Notes under the pieces: generated by a model
Told to the model about the DNA's origin: nothing
Databases searched by the model: none
What the model saw: only the letters and a program-made list of their open reading frames with translations
Shown: positions 1-10,534 of the stretch, one piece after another
Numbering within the stretch: position 1 is the stretch's first letter
Layout of the letters: the number at the start of each line of letters is the position of its first letter
Assembly (NCBI GenBank): GCA_963666985.2
Contig: CAXXIA010000002.1
Coordinates: forward strand, 1 to 64,000
Reading direction: 5' to 3'
Origin: Spirochaetia bacterium
Lineage (GTDB): Bacteria > Spirochaetota > Spirochaetia > DSM-2461
DNA: 64,000 bases
Translations under genes and position numbers: made by a program

Positions 1-1046
1 CAAACGCCTGTTCTGTATAAGCCTTCCGTCCGAGTCGACAAGAATCATTCTGTAGGAATCGGGATTTTCAAGAGCAATAAGCATATGGGATCCGCCGACG
101 GTGGTTCCCAAATATTCGGGAGGAACGTCGGGGATACCTTGTTTCTCATAACCTTCGACATACGGAAGAATGATGGGATTTCCGTATTCCAGAGTATTCA
201 GATTGAGAGTATACAATCTCGGATCGGGATGAGAGCCGTCCGTTTTATCCGAATAGACATCCAGCCTGATATGGAGAGACCATTCAACAGGATCAGGACG
301 AATTCCATAGACGGCGACACTCCCCTCTTCAAGACCGGGAAGCTGATCTTTACGAATCATCACCGTCGTAATCGGCCGTCCGGCGGAATCGTACCAATAA
401 CTGATCCATGAGGACGAAGTTCGGCACGTTACGACAATAGCTCCATCTTCTCGTACATCCAGCGAGAAAACATACGGGAAAGGGGAACCGCCCAGTCCTT
501 CCCGACCGAGATGCCCCAAATACTGACCGTACTGATCGAATCGCAGGATAACGCGGTCATACACAATCTTCAAATCTTTATCGATAATCCGCCGGTTCTG
601 GTCCACGCCGTCATCAACCAGAAAACCGCCGTCAAACGGCGCGATGTTGCCGGGATTCCGCAGCTGCCAAGCGGATACGGAACAAACGGTTTCTCCGTCT
701 TCAGCCTCGGCGGGAGCCGGATTTTAGAAGGATTATAAACAAGAGTCAAGAGATCACCATAGGAGTTGAAGACCATTATTTTGCCTTCTTCCCCGCCTGA
801 GATATAAACCAGACCGTCTCTGGTTTGAATATCCGCTGTTCCGGCCATGCGGAAACCGTCACGATAGAACCAGTCCAGTTCGCCCGGAAGCGTTCCGATG
901 GGAATGGTGAAAAGATCATGCCGCTTTAATCCCGCTTCACGGCTTCCGGTGCAGGAAACCAATAAAACCGATACCGCTAAAAGCACTGTGTCGATGAGAA
1001 GGACGGAAAGCCGTCCGGTTGAATTGTTTCCTTTACCGATAATCAT
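1..1046 (-). CDS. Spirochaete lipoprotein (LIC12708-like family); frameshifted near 722 and running off the window edge
   Basis: ORF 570..1046 has a lipobox (LLVSC) and KIMVFNSYGDLL. One extra A in the minus-strand AAAA at 722-725 continues it as NPAPAEAEDG...ILRFDQYGQYLGHLGREGLGGSPFPYV, a frame I read open to at least position 241. Divergent from secA. Confidence 0.7.
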
Positions 1047-1055
1047 TTACACTCG

Positions 1056-1116
1056 ATCCTATCCATCTGCATACGGGGCTGTCAACTTGACGACACCTCC
1101 GACACGGCAGTATCTT
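1056..1116. promoter_or_regulatory. Back-to-back sigma70-type promoters for the lipoprotein gene and secA
   Basis: Minus strand: TTGACA (1085-1080), 18 nt, TAGGAT (1061-1056). Plus strand: TTGACG (1087-1092), 18 nt, TATCTT (1111-1116). Confidence 0.6.
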
Positions 1117-1123
1117 GGCATTC

Positions 1124-3890
1124 ATGAGCAAAGGAATCCTTTCCGCCGTCTTCGGTACGAAACACGAACGTGATATTAAAGAGCTGATGCCTATACTCCA
1201 TGCCGTGAACGCCAAGGAGGAATGGGCCCTCTCACTCCCGGCCGAAGCCTATCCTGAGCAGACCGAACAGTTCAAGAAGCGCCTCGCCGAAGGCGAGAAA
1301 CTGAACGCCCTCCTGCCTGAGGCGTTCGCCATAGCCAGAGAAGCGGCCCGAAGAACCCTCGGGGAACGGCCCTACGATGTTCAAATCCTCGGAGCCATCG
1401 TTCTTCATCAGGGAAAAATCACCGAAATGAAAACCGGTGAAGGGAAAACCCTTGCGAGCATCGCGGCCGCGTACCTCAACAGCCTGACGGGCAAAGGCGT
1501 TCATGTGGTAACGGTGAACGACTATCTGGCCGAACGCGATGCCAACTGGATGAGGCCTGTCTACGACTATTTGGGAGTAAGTGTCGGAGCCATTCTTTCG
1601 AATATGGACATTGAACGCCGCCGTGATGAATACGCCAAGGATATTACCTACGGAACGAACAATGGATTCGGATTCGACTACCTTCGGGATAATATGAAAT
1701 GGGAGAATTCCCGAAAATCACAGAAATTCCATCATTACGCCATTATCGATGAAATCGACTCCATTCTGATCGACGAAGCCAGAACCCCGCTCATCATCTC
1801 GGGGCCCGTTGAAGAAGACGTTACGAAATACATCGTTTCGGACAAATTGGTGCAGAAACTGAAAGAATGCGAAAAAGATCCCAAAACAGGCGACTATCCC
1901 CCCGACGATCCCATCCTGGGCAACCAGGCCGTCGGCGATTACAAGCTCGATGAAAAGGGCAAACGGGTTATGTTCACCAACGACGGGATGAACAGCATCG
2001 AAAGCATTCTTCAGAAAGAAGGCCTTATCCGCGAAGGGAGCCTCTTTGACGAAGAGAACTTCGAATACATTCACTATTTTACCCAGGCACTCAAAGCCCA
2101 CCGGCTTTTCGGACGGGATAAAGACTATGTCGTCCAGGAAGGTCAGGTTCAAATCGTCGATGAGTTTACCGGACGCATTCTTCACGGACGCCGCTATTCG
2201 GACGGTCTGCACCAGGCCATCGAGGCAAAAGAAAAAATTCGTCCGGCGCGCAAGAACAGAACGCTGGCCACGATAACCTTCCAGAATTATTTCCGCATGT
2301 ACGACAAAATCTCGGGCATGACCGGTACGGCGGACACCGAGGCCAAAGAATTCGCCAAAATCTACGGACTGGATGTTGTGGTTATTCCCACGAACAGGCC
2401 GGTTAACAGGGTTGACGACGACGATATCATCTATCTGAACGAAGATTTTAAATTCAACGCCATCTGCGATGAAATCGCCCGCGTTCATGAAAAGGGTCAG
2501 CCGGTTCTTGTCGGTACGGTCAGCGTTGAGAAATCGGAAAAGCTCTCGAATTATCTCACAAAGAAGGGAGTCAGGCACGAAGTCCTGAACGCCAAGAATC
2601 ATCATCGGGAAGCACAGATTATCGCCGAAGCGGGGGCTAAGGGTGCCGTTACCATAGCGACGAACATGGCCGGACGCGGTACGGACATCAAACTCGGGGG
2701 AAACCCCGAATCCCGGGCCCGCCGGAAATTGGAGGAAGATGCTTCCGAGGAAGCATTCCGGGCCGCCTATAGCGAAGAATACGTGAAATGGCTCCCGCAG
2801 AACAAAGAGATTAAAGAACTCGGCGGTCTGTACGTTTTGGGAACCGAGCGTCACGAATCCCGGCGCATCGACAATCAGCTCCGCGGCCGTTCCGGCCGGC
2901 AGGGAGATCCGGGATATTCACGCTTCTACATTTCCCTGGAAGACGATTTGATGCGGCTCTTCGGAGGAGAGAATTTCCGATCCGCCATGGCCCGCTTCGG
3001 AATGGCCGGCGGCGAGCCTCTGTACCATCCCATCATTAATAAATCCCTTGAACGGGCGCAAAGACGGGTTGAAGACCGCAACTACGAGATTCGGAAGCAT
3101 CTCTTGGAATACGACGATGTGGTGAACAAGCAGCGCCGCACAATATATAACATCCGCGATGAGGTTCTGGACGGAGAAGATCTGCGCGGCAAAATCCTTG
3201 AAACGGGCCGTCAGATTCTCGAAGTGCTCATCGACGATTACAGAGAAGACAGAAAAACGGATTCCGAATCGGCTCTCTCGCGTCTGGGGTGAACGGCTGA
3301 TGCAGAACTTCAACTACAGAGGCGGTTCCGACGGCGATGAATCGGCGGCGTTAAGCATTCAGACAAGTCCCGAAGAGGCCATGGAAATACTGGATCGCTA
3401 CCTGGCGGCGGATCTTGAAGAAAAAGCCTCCATTGCCGGTGACGATCAGATTGAGATGTTCATCAAGTATGAATATCTGCGGCAGGTGGATAAGCGATGG
3501 CAGGATCACCTCGAAGAACTCTCATCGTTAAGTGAATCGGTACGCCTCCGAAGCTACGCACAGAAAAACCCTCTGGTTGAGTACAAAAACGAAGGTTTCG
3601 AAATGTTCGACACCATGATCGAAGATATGAGGATTGCCATCGCCAGAAAGGTTTTCCGTGTCCGCATTCGCCGCGCCGGTGTGAGGCGCAGCGGGGAAAC
3701 CGTACCGGCGCAGGCCTCTCATACATCGATGCCGTCTCTGATCAACTCAAAGGCGGCCGTTCAGGCCGGCGAACGGCGTGAAGCCTCCCCGGAAAAGGCG
3801 CAGGTGGTTAGAAACACTCCCAAGGCGGGCCGCAACGATCCCTGCCCCTGCGGAAGCGGAAAAAAGTACAAATACTGCTGCGGGAAATAA
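1124..3890 (+). CDS. secA: Preprotein translocase ATPase SecA, split by a frameshift at about 3286-3289
   Basis: MKTGEGKT, DEIDSILIDEARTPLIISG, ATNMAGRGTDI and RRIDNQLRGRSGRQGDPG are in 1115..3292. W.DHL, YAQKNPLVEYK and SEC-C (GRNDPCPCGSGKKYKYCC) are in 3159..3890. Deleting one G from GGGG joins the frames. Confidence 0.97.
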
Positions 3891-4042
3891 AGCGCGAATT
3901 GTTCCGAATGATACGCGGCATCCTGCGTATCATTCGGTGACCGGCGGAAGTGAAAAGCCTCAAGTTCCTCAACAGTGCCGGGATTCCGCCGAAGGATTTG
4001 CGGCGGGCATTTTCAAACGGCCTCTCCGAAAAAGCCGGCAGG

Positions 4043-5257
4043 CTAAAACAGGTAATCCAGGGGATCCACCAGTTCACCGTCCCTGAGAAGGGAAAAATGG
4101 AGCCGGGGGCTTCGGGCGTTTCCGGAATTCCCCGAGAGACCGAGGACGGCGCCCCTTTCCAATTCATCACCCACGGCGACATCGACGCGGCTCAAATGAC
4201 CGTAAAAACTCTTCCATCCGCCCGGATGGGACATCATCACATACAGTCCGTACGACGAATGCTGTCCGGTAAGAACAACGGTTCCGGCTTTGGCCGTCTG
4301 AACCGGTGTCCCGGAGAATATGGAGAAATCGATTCCTTCGGATCGGAAAGGAATGCCCGTAAGATTATCCACGCTCTCTCCGAAGGCCGTCAAAATTTTT
4401 CCATCCACGGGAGCAAGGAAAACCTCCTCGGAAAAAGATGCCGAAATCGTCGGCAGGAAGTCCTTTCCCGTAACAAAATACGAACCGTCGGGAAGAGTGC
4501 TGATTGAATCGATTTCCACCCCGTATTTATCGGCCGTTTCCCTTAGGGTTCCCTCTTTTACGGGAACGCGGATGCCGTCGGTATAAGGAACGATCATCAC
4601 AATACCGCCGCGGATATCGTCCGGTTCCCTGAAACCGTTCACGCTGATTAATGTTGCGGGAGATAAACCGTAATTAAAGGCGATACGCGCAAGAGTTTCG
4701 CCGCGGGCAACCCGATGCCGCGTAAAAACAAGAGCGGAGGACTCGGAGATCGATGAGGAAGAGGGAAAAACCGTCGGTCCCGCAAGAGAAGCAAGATCCA
4801 CCGGAACGGACGGTTCCGGCATATTCGGCGAAATGGGTATGGAGACGGTTTCTTCTTTGCCGGCGAACAGCAGCCATTGGTCGAGGAAACCGCCGCACAG
4901 CAGCGCCATAAACAGAAATGCGGCAAGAAATACAGGCACGGCGGTTACGGACTCAGGAAGGCCTTTATCGGAAAAAAATGAGTCAACCGAAGAGGGGGGC
5001 CGATGGAATCGGCTCTTCGAGGCCCGAATCGAAGGCTTGCTTATTCGGCACATTGCATTCTTCGAAATCAACGACGGACTTGCCGGTGCCGCTCCGTGAA
5101 TCCGATGCCCGATTCCGCCATCCGCGGACCGAATAAGAAGCCCTCCCGGACAATCCCGCTCCGCGGCCCGGCTTCGAGATTTCACCCGGGATTTTTGCAA
5201 TGCGGGCCGAAGAGTCTCATGCTTCTCCCGAAGCTTCCGGTATTTTGAGATTCCCAT
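4043..5257 (-). CDS. Membrane-anchored LysM + M23/LytM domain protein with degenerate metal site; start uncertain
   Basis: TM segment, LysM (HRVARGETLARIAFNYGLS) and M23 domain (SEGID, YGHLS, GNSGNARSPRLHF, VDPLDYL). Confidence 0.85.
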   Translation of the reverse strand: MGISKYRKLREKHETLRPALQKSRVKSRSRAAERDCPGGLLIRSADGGIGHRIHGAAPASPSLISKNAMCRISKPSIRASKSRFHRPPSSVDSFFSDKGLPESVTAVPVFLAAFLFMALLCGGFLDQWLLFAGKEETVSIPISPNMPEPSVPVDLASLAGPTVFPSSSSISESSALVFTRHRVARGETLARIAFNYGLSPATLISVNGFREPDDIRGGIVMIVPYTDGIRVPVKEGTLRETADKYGVEIDSISTLPDGSYFVTGKDFLPTISASFSEEVFLAPVDGKILTAFGESVDNLTGIPFRSEGIDFSIFSGTPVQTAKAGTVVLTGQHSSYGLYVMMSHPGGWKSFYGHLSRVDVAVGDELERGAVLGLSGNSGNARSPRLHFSLLRDGELVDPLDYLF

Positions 5258-5361
5258 GGTTACCGGTTCATATGTTTTGCGTGGAAATGATGCCGAGCTC
5301 AATGTCCCCCCCTCTACTTGATATCGACAAAAAGGAACCCCCGTATTACCCTTTGCGCAGC

Positions 5362-5838
5362 ATGATTTCCCGCCTTTCTTTAAAGTCCCTTGCCATGGCC
5401 GCAGCCCTCGCCATCGCCCTCATCATACCGATGAGCCGATTCATGCTTGTGAAAGTCTGTGAGGAATCCATGGCTCCCACCCTGACCGACGGACAGTGGG
5501 TTCTGGTTCTCCGCGGCTCCAAAGCCGTCCATCCCGGCGATATCGCCGTTTTCGTGAATCCCGCAGATACGGGTCTTACGGTGAAACGATGCGTTTTTGA
5601 CGAAAAAAACTCCCCCTCCGTAGATCACGGCTGGCTGGTAACGCGATGGGGCCGGTGGTATCTGACCGGTCCCCAATGGGATCGGCTGGAAAGCGCCTCA
5701 CCGCCGCTCGGAGAAGCGCTGTTCATGGTGGGCGACAACCAATTCCGATCCTTCGACAGCCGGAGCTACGGGTATGTTCCCAGGAACAGCATCGTAGGGA
5801 GAGTTCTGCTGCCGAACGGGAAAAACGATGGCCGATAA
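5362..5838 (+). CDS. lepB: Signal peptidase I (short S26 family)
   Basis: N-terminal TM, catalytic Ser box (ESMAPTL), Lys box (VKRC) and GDN...SFDSRSYG. Confidence 0.85.
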   Translation: MISRLSLKSLAMAAALAIALIIPMSRFMLVKVCEESMAPTLTDGQWVLVLRGSKAVHPGDIAVFVNPADTGLTVKRCVFDEKNSPSVDHGWLVTRWGRWYLTGPQWDRLESASPPLGEALFMVGDNQFRSFDSRSYGYVPRNSIVGRVLLPNGKNDGR

Positions 5839-7714
5839 GCACCCTGAGTTTCGGATGCGTCTTTTGGCGATTATTTCGGCATCGGCGGCTCTGCTGGTTC
5901 TCCTGCGCTTCGGCGTGATTATGCTCTCGCCGAATCGAAAAGACGCCGATCCCCCTCACCCCCCGGCCCTTGCCGAAAGAGGCTCCATCGTCGATAGAGA
6001 AGGTCGGCTTATTGCTCTGCAGACCCGTCTTTGGTCGGTTACGGCCTGGAAACCCGATATCGACGACATCATGGGAACCGCGGAACTTTTGGCTCCGATT
6101 CTCGGTGAAGAGGCCGAAACTCTTTCCCGCAGGCTCTCGGGCGGGGGAACATCCCGATTCGTCTTCGTGCAGAGACAGGTAACTCCCACGCAGTCCGATG
6201 CCGTCCGGAACCTCATCAATGCCGGAAAACTTCCCGGTATCGGTCTGCAGGAGGAACTGGGCCGGCATTACCCCATGAAAGAACTCGCCTCCCCGCTCAT
6301 CGGGCATGTAGGTACGGACAATGTCGGCCTTGACGGTATTGAATACGCGTTTGACCGCGTATTGTCTCCGGGAACAGTTTCTTCCGAAGAGGAAAGGATT
6401 TACGGGAATACGGTCCACTTAACCCTGGACATGAATGCCCAGTTCCTCGTGGAGAAAATCGCCGGTGAAACCTGGAAGGAGCACAGTCCGGACTCCCTGA
6501 TGGCTCTGGTTATGGACGCGAAATCAGGAGAAATTCTTTCCTGGGTTTCCCTGCCCTCCTTCGATCCGAACACATTCACGGAATCAACCCGAGAGGAGAG
6601 GATCAACCGGCCGCTCACGGCAGCCTACGAACCGGGCTCGGTGTTCAAGGTTTTTACCTGGGCCACCTTTCTTGATCTGGGAGCCGCAACCACCGCGGAC
6701 ATTTTCGATACCCGGGGCGGATACGAACCGGAGATTTTAAAAAAATACAACATACCGCCCATCACGGACCTCTCGAACTACGGAATCCTAAACCTGACGG
6801 GCGCCCTGGTGCATTCGAGCAACGTCGCGGTCGCCATGGCCTCGGAAGCCGTCGGCTCCGACGATTTCTATAAACGATTAAAGAATTTCGGATTCGGCGC
6901 GCCGACCGGACTGCCTCTTCCCGGTGAATCCCACGGCATCCTCAATCCCGTTTCGGCTTGGTCCGCGCGAAGCAAACCGACCATCGCCATAGGTCAGGAA
7001 GTCGGTGTTTCCGCGGTTCAAATCATTTCCGCTGCAACAACTTTGGCCAACGGAGGAGTCCTGCTTCAGCCGAGAATCGTCTCCAGCGTTACCTCCGACG
7101 ACGGAAAAGTCATTAAGGAATATCCCCGAACCCCGGTCAGAGAAGTCATTTCCCCCCAGACGGCCCGAACCATGCTCAATCTGATGGAACGGACCGTTTC
7201 CGATCCCGGCGGAACCGCACGCCTTACCGCCGTTCCGGGCTTAAGAATTTCGGCCAAGTCCGGCACGGCGCAGATAACGGACCCGGAAACCGGAGAATAC
7301 AGCGAAAACCGTTTTTTAAGTTCCGTCCTGGCCCTCTTCCCCACCGACGATCCGGAACTCATTGTATACGTGGTTTTGGAAAATCCCCGCGGCAGAAGCA
7401 TCTACGGCGCCCAGACCGCGGCTCCGGCGGTACGGGAAATCGCCAAAGCCCTGGCCCCTCTCTATGGGATTCCCCTGGCGGGGAACACCGTTATGGACCA
7501 TCCCGGAAGGGTTAAAGTCGACAATCCGACACCCCTTCCCTTAGGCGAGGAACTCCATGACATGACCGGATACTCAAAGCGCATGCTCCTCGGCTACCTT
7601 GAACGGGAGGACATCATCTGGGACATTCGCGGCGACGGATGGGTTGTCTTCCAATTTCCTCCGGCCGGAACCCCCGTAGAAAGCGGCATGCGCGTTTATT
7701 TGGAGCTGAAATGA
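5828..7714 (+). CDS. ftsI: Class B penicillin-binding protein (FtsI-like) with C-terminal PASTA-like domain
   Basis: RGSIVDREG, GLDGIE, YEPGSVFK (SxxK), SSN (SxN) and KSGTAQ. Confidence 0.9.
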   Translation: MADKHPEFRMRLLAIISASAALLVLLRFGVIMLSPNRKDADPPHPPALAERGSIVDREGRLIALQTRLWSVTAWKPDIDDIMGTAELLAPILGEEAETLSRRLSGGGTSRFVFVQRQVTPTQSDAVRNLINAGKLPGIGLQEELGRHYPMKELASPLIGHVGTDNVGLDGIEYAFDRVLSPGTVSSEEERIYGNTVHLTLDMNAQFLVEKIAGETWKEHSPDSLMALVMDAKSGEILSWVSLPSFDPNTFTESTREERINRPLTAAYEPGSVFKVFTWATFLDLGAATTADIFDTRGGYEPEILKKYNIPPITDLSNYGILNLTGALVHSSNVAVAMASEAVGSDDFYKRLKNFGFGAPTGLPLPGESHGILNPVSAWSARSKPTIAIGQEVGVSAVQIISAATTLANGGVLLQPRIVSSVTSDDGKVIKEYPRTPVREVISPQTARTMLNLMERTVSDPGGTARLTAVPGLRISAKSGTAQITDPETGEYSENRFLSSVLALFPTDDPELIVYVVLENPRGRSIYGAQTAAPAVREIAKALAPLYGIPLAGNTVMDHPGRVKVDNPTPLPLGEELHDMTGYSKRMLLGYLEREDIIWDIRGDGWVVFQFPPAGTPVESGMRVYLELK

Positions 7715-9471
7715 CGGTCGAAAGCGATAACGGCCGAAAGATCCGTCTTGAGAAGACCCGAAGCGGCGAATTAACGGCCTTTATCGGCGGCAAAGCCCTG
7801 CACTCCCGATTCGATCCCGTTAGAGAGGCCGGGAAAGCCGCCTCTTCGGTGCCTCCCGATGCGGGCATCGTGGTTCTCGGCGGCTTCGGTCTGGGATATG
7901 TTGCCGAAGCCCTTGCGGCGGCGGCACCCGATCGTTTTTTGATTATCGCGGACGCCGACGAAGAACTTGTAAAGACGGCGATGAACGTTCGGAATCTTGA
8001 GGAACTCTTTAAAAAACCGAATGTCGCGATTATGGCCGGAGGATCGCCACAGGACATCCGCTCCTTCCTCTCCGGAGGTCCTGCGGTGGGAGCCGCCATC
8101 CATTACCTGCCGTGGAGGCCCTCGGCGGAGACCAACCCCGAGTGGTACGCGGATCTCAAAGAGATGGTGGAACGGACCGCCGAGAGAAGACGGGTGAACT
8201 CCCGGACATTGAACCGCTTCGGAAGACTCTGGGTTCGCAACTTGGCGGCGAACGCTCCGATTCTGCCCTTCTCTCTTTCCCTGGAACCGCTTCGAAATCG
8301 CTTTCAAGGCATTCCCGCCCTCATCGTCGCCGGAGGGCCCAGTCTGGACGATTTTCTATTTCTCCTGCCGGATCTCGCCAAGAGTCATCTTATCATTACG
8401 GTTGATACCGCCCTTCCCGGAGTTTTACGAACTGGAACGAAACCCGACATCATCGCAGCGGTGGATCCTCAGTACTGGAACGCCCGGCATCTGGATCGGT
8501 GCCGGGAAGGAGCCGGCGACGCTCTGGTTCTGGCGGAATCGGCCACGCATCCGCGTGTGTTCCGCGCCCTCGGCGGCCTTCCTCTTCTCTCGAGAACCCG
8601 TTTCCCGCTGGGAACCCTGCTCGAAGACGCCGCGGGGATACGCGGTGAACTGAAAGCCGGAGGATCGGTGGCCACGGCGGGGTGGGATTTGGCGCGATAC
8701 CTTGGATGTTCTTCCCTGACCGCCGTCGGGCTTGATTTGGGCTTTCCGGGCGGCCGGACGCACTATAACGGAAGCCTTTCCCGAGAACGGCCGCACCTTT
8801 TTTCCGTAAAAACGGCGCCGGCCGAAACCGCGTTCTTCCATGCCCTCAGGGACGCCGGTGCGCGGAAGGCTGAATCGGCCGGCGGAGGGTGGGTGCTGAC
8901 CGACGCCAGAATGGATGTTTACGCCGCTTGGTTCGCCGAAAGTGCTTCCGAATCGACCGATCGGGATCCGGCGATACTCGGTGCGGAGGGCAGGCGCATT
9001 TCGGGCATTCGCGTTCTGGATGCGAAAGAAGCGCTCGAAAGGCCGATTAAACGCTCGGAAATTGATACAATTCTAGAAGGAATCCGTAATACGGCGCCCG
9101 GAAACGACGGCGATACGCTTTCCGAAACGGTTCATTCCGTTACGGAGATTCTTCGCCGAATTAAAACTTCTCTTGCCGATCTTGAAAAATTGGCCCGCGA
9201 AGGCTTTGAAGCCGCAAAAAAAGCCGCAGAGAACAGGGCCGCGAACCGGCCGTTCTCGGCGGAACTTGCCATGATGGAAGAAATCGACAATTCAATGCTT
9301 TCGGGGAACGGCCGGAACCTCGTCTCTTTTCTGATACAGCCCATTATTCTCGAACTTACAAGTACCGCGAAATCCGCGGATCCGCTGGAAGATTCCCGGC
9401 GGCTGTATGAGGAAATCGCGAACTCGGCTTCCTTTCACCTTGAAATTCTTAAGCCGAAACGGCGGAAATAA
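7711..9471 (+). CDS. Motility-associated factor (Maf / DUF115) glycosyltransferase family protein
   Basis: LHSRFDP, GFGLGY, GGPSLD, GGSVAT and GLDLGF...HY motifs. ATGA overlap with the ftsI stop. Confidence 0.8.
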   Translation: MTVESDNGRKIRLEKTRSGELTAFIGGKALHSRFDPVREAGKAASSVPPDAGIVVLGGFGLGYVAEALAAAAPDRFLIIADADEELVKTAMNVRNLEELFKKPNVAIMAGGSPQDIRSFLSGGPAVGAAIHYLPWRPSAETNPEWYADLKEMVERTAERRRVNSRTLNRFGRLWVRNLAANAPILPFSLSLEPLRNRFQGIPALIVAGGPSLDDFLFLLPDLAKSHLIITVDTALPGVLRTGTKPDIIAAVDPQYWNARHLDRCREGAGDALVLAESATHPRVFRALGGLPLLSRTRFPLGTLLEDAAGIRGELKAGGSVATAGWDLARYLGCSSLTAVGLDLGFPGGRTHYNGSLSRERPHLFSVKTAPAETAFFHALRDAGARKAESAGGGWVLTDARMDVYAAWFAESASESTDRDPAILGAEGRRISGIRVLDAKEALERPIKRSEIDTILEGIRNTAPGNDGDTLSETVHSVTEILRRIKTSLADLEKLAREGFEAAKKAAENRAANRPFSAELAMMEEIDNSMLSGNGRNLVSFLIQPIILELTSTAKSADPLEDSRRLYEEIANSASFHLEILKPKRRK

Positions 9472-9577
9472 TAAACTCTGAGAGATTCCAAAAGCGTATT
9501 ACAATCTTTTTTTCTGGACAGAGAAAGACTGCCGGGCGATAGTGATTGAGAAATCCGTCCGTAGATAAAATGAAACC

Positions 9578-10534
9578 GTGAAGATATATTTGCGTTTCCT
9601 TGTTGCCGTTTTCTCATGCATTTTCGTTATCTCATTAACGCAGTCGATACGTACGATGATTTCACTCTCTCATGAAATCTCTTCCGACGAAGATACCGTC
9701 GAGCCCAGAGAACGTCATATCGGAGTGTTCCTTCCCTCACCCGGGTCTTTATTTTTCGATGAAATTCGGGAAGGCGCGGAAGCCGCCGCATCGGAGTACA
9801 ACGTAGGTCTTTCCTTTCATTCCATCAATACCGACGATCCGGAGTTCCTCTTTGCCCGGTATTCGGGTATCGACGGAGCGATAATCCATCCCTACGGAGA
9901 TGAAGCGGAAATGCGCCGGTGTATGGATGAACTTGAAGAGGCCGGAATCCCCGTTGTCCTGATTGAACGGGGAGTCCCCTCCGATTGGCCCTTTACCTTC
10001 GTCGGCACAAACAACTTCGACATGGGCCGCAGGATAGGCGCTTTAGTCGGTACTCTTATCGACGATCCGATGAGACTGACTGTTGTTTACAGTGAGAAAT
10101 CTCCCGGTGTGGCTTCGGAAAAAGAACTTGTGGAACTCGGTATAACAACGGTTCTCGGCGATCGTCTGGCCGCTCCCGTGGAACGGCGCCAAACAGGTCT
10201 TAACCCGCTTGATGCCGAAGCATTAACCTACCAGCTCCTTCGAAACGATCCTGATTTGAAATGCCTGGTCTTCACCGATACGAACGATACCCTGGCGGCG
10301 ATGCAGGTTATCGTCGATCTTAATATGGTCGGACGAGTTCAAGTCGTCGGCTTCGGGCTGACCGATATCATCCGGGATTATTTGGACCAGGAAGTCATGG
10401 CCGCCTCCATCGTTGTAAAGCCCCAGGTCATCGGGACGCAGGCGGTTCGAGTCATGACCGAACTCCTTCGCGACGGTTATTCGGCCGGTTATGTGGATAC
10501 CGGTTTTGATATCGTTAAAGGCAGCGGCGAATGA
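9578..10534 (+). CDS. Membrane-anchored sugar-binding (type I periplasmic binding fold) sensor accessory protein
   Basis: N-terminal hydrophobic segment, GIPVVLIE, FVGTNNFDMG, VVGFG. ATGA overlap with the downstream kinase. Confidence 0.8.
   Translation: MKIYLRFLVAVFSCIFVISLTQSIRTMISLSHEISSDEDTVEPRERHIGVFLPSPGSLFFDEIREGAEAAASEYNVGLSFHSINTDDPEFLFARYSGIDGAIIHPYGDEAEMRRCMDELEEAGIPVVLIERGVPSDWPFTFVGTNNFDMGRRIGALVGTLIDDPMRLTVVYSEKSPGVASEKELVELGITTVLGDRLAAPVERRQTGLNPLDAEALTYQLLRNDPDLKCLVFTDTNDTLAAMQVIVDLNMVGRVQVVGFGLTDIIRDYLDQEVMAASIVVKPQVIGTQAVRVMTELLRDGYSAGYVDTGFDIVKGSGE

Noticed and set aside
3290..3292. TGA readthrough or alternative genetic code in secA
   Set aside because: The same frame beyond the TGA is not SecA-like and stops again. 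The continuation is in another frame, and TGA ends many normal genes here.
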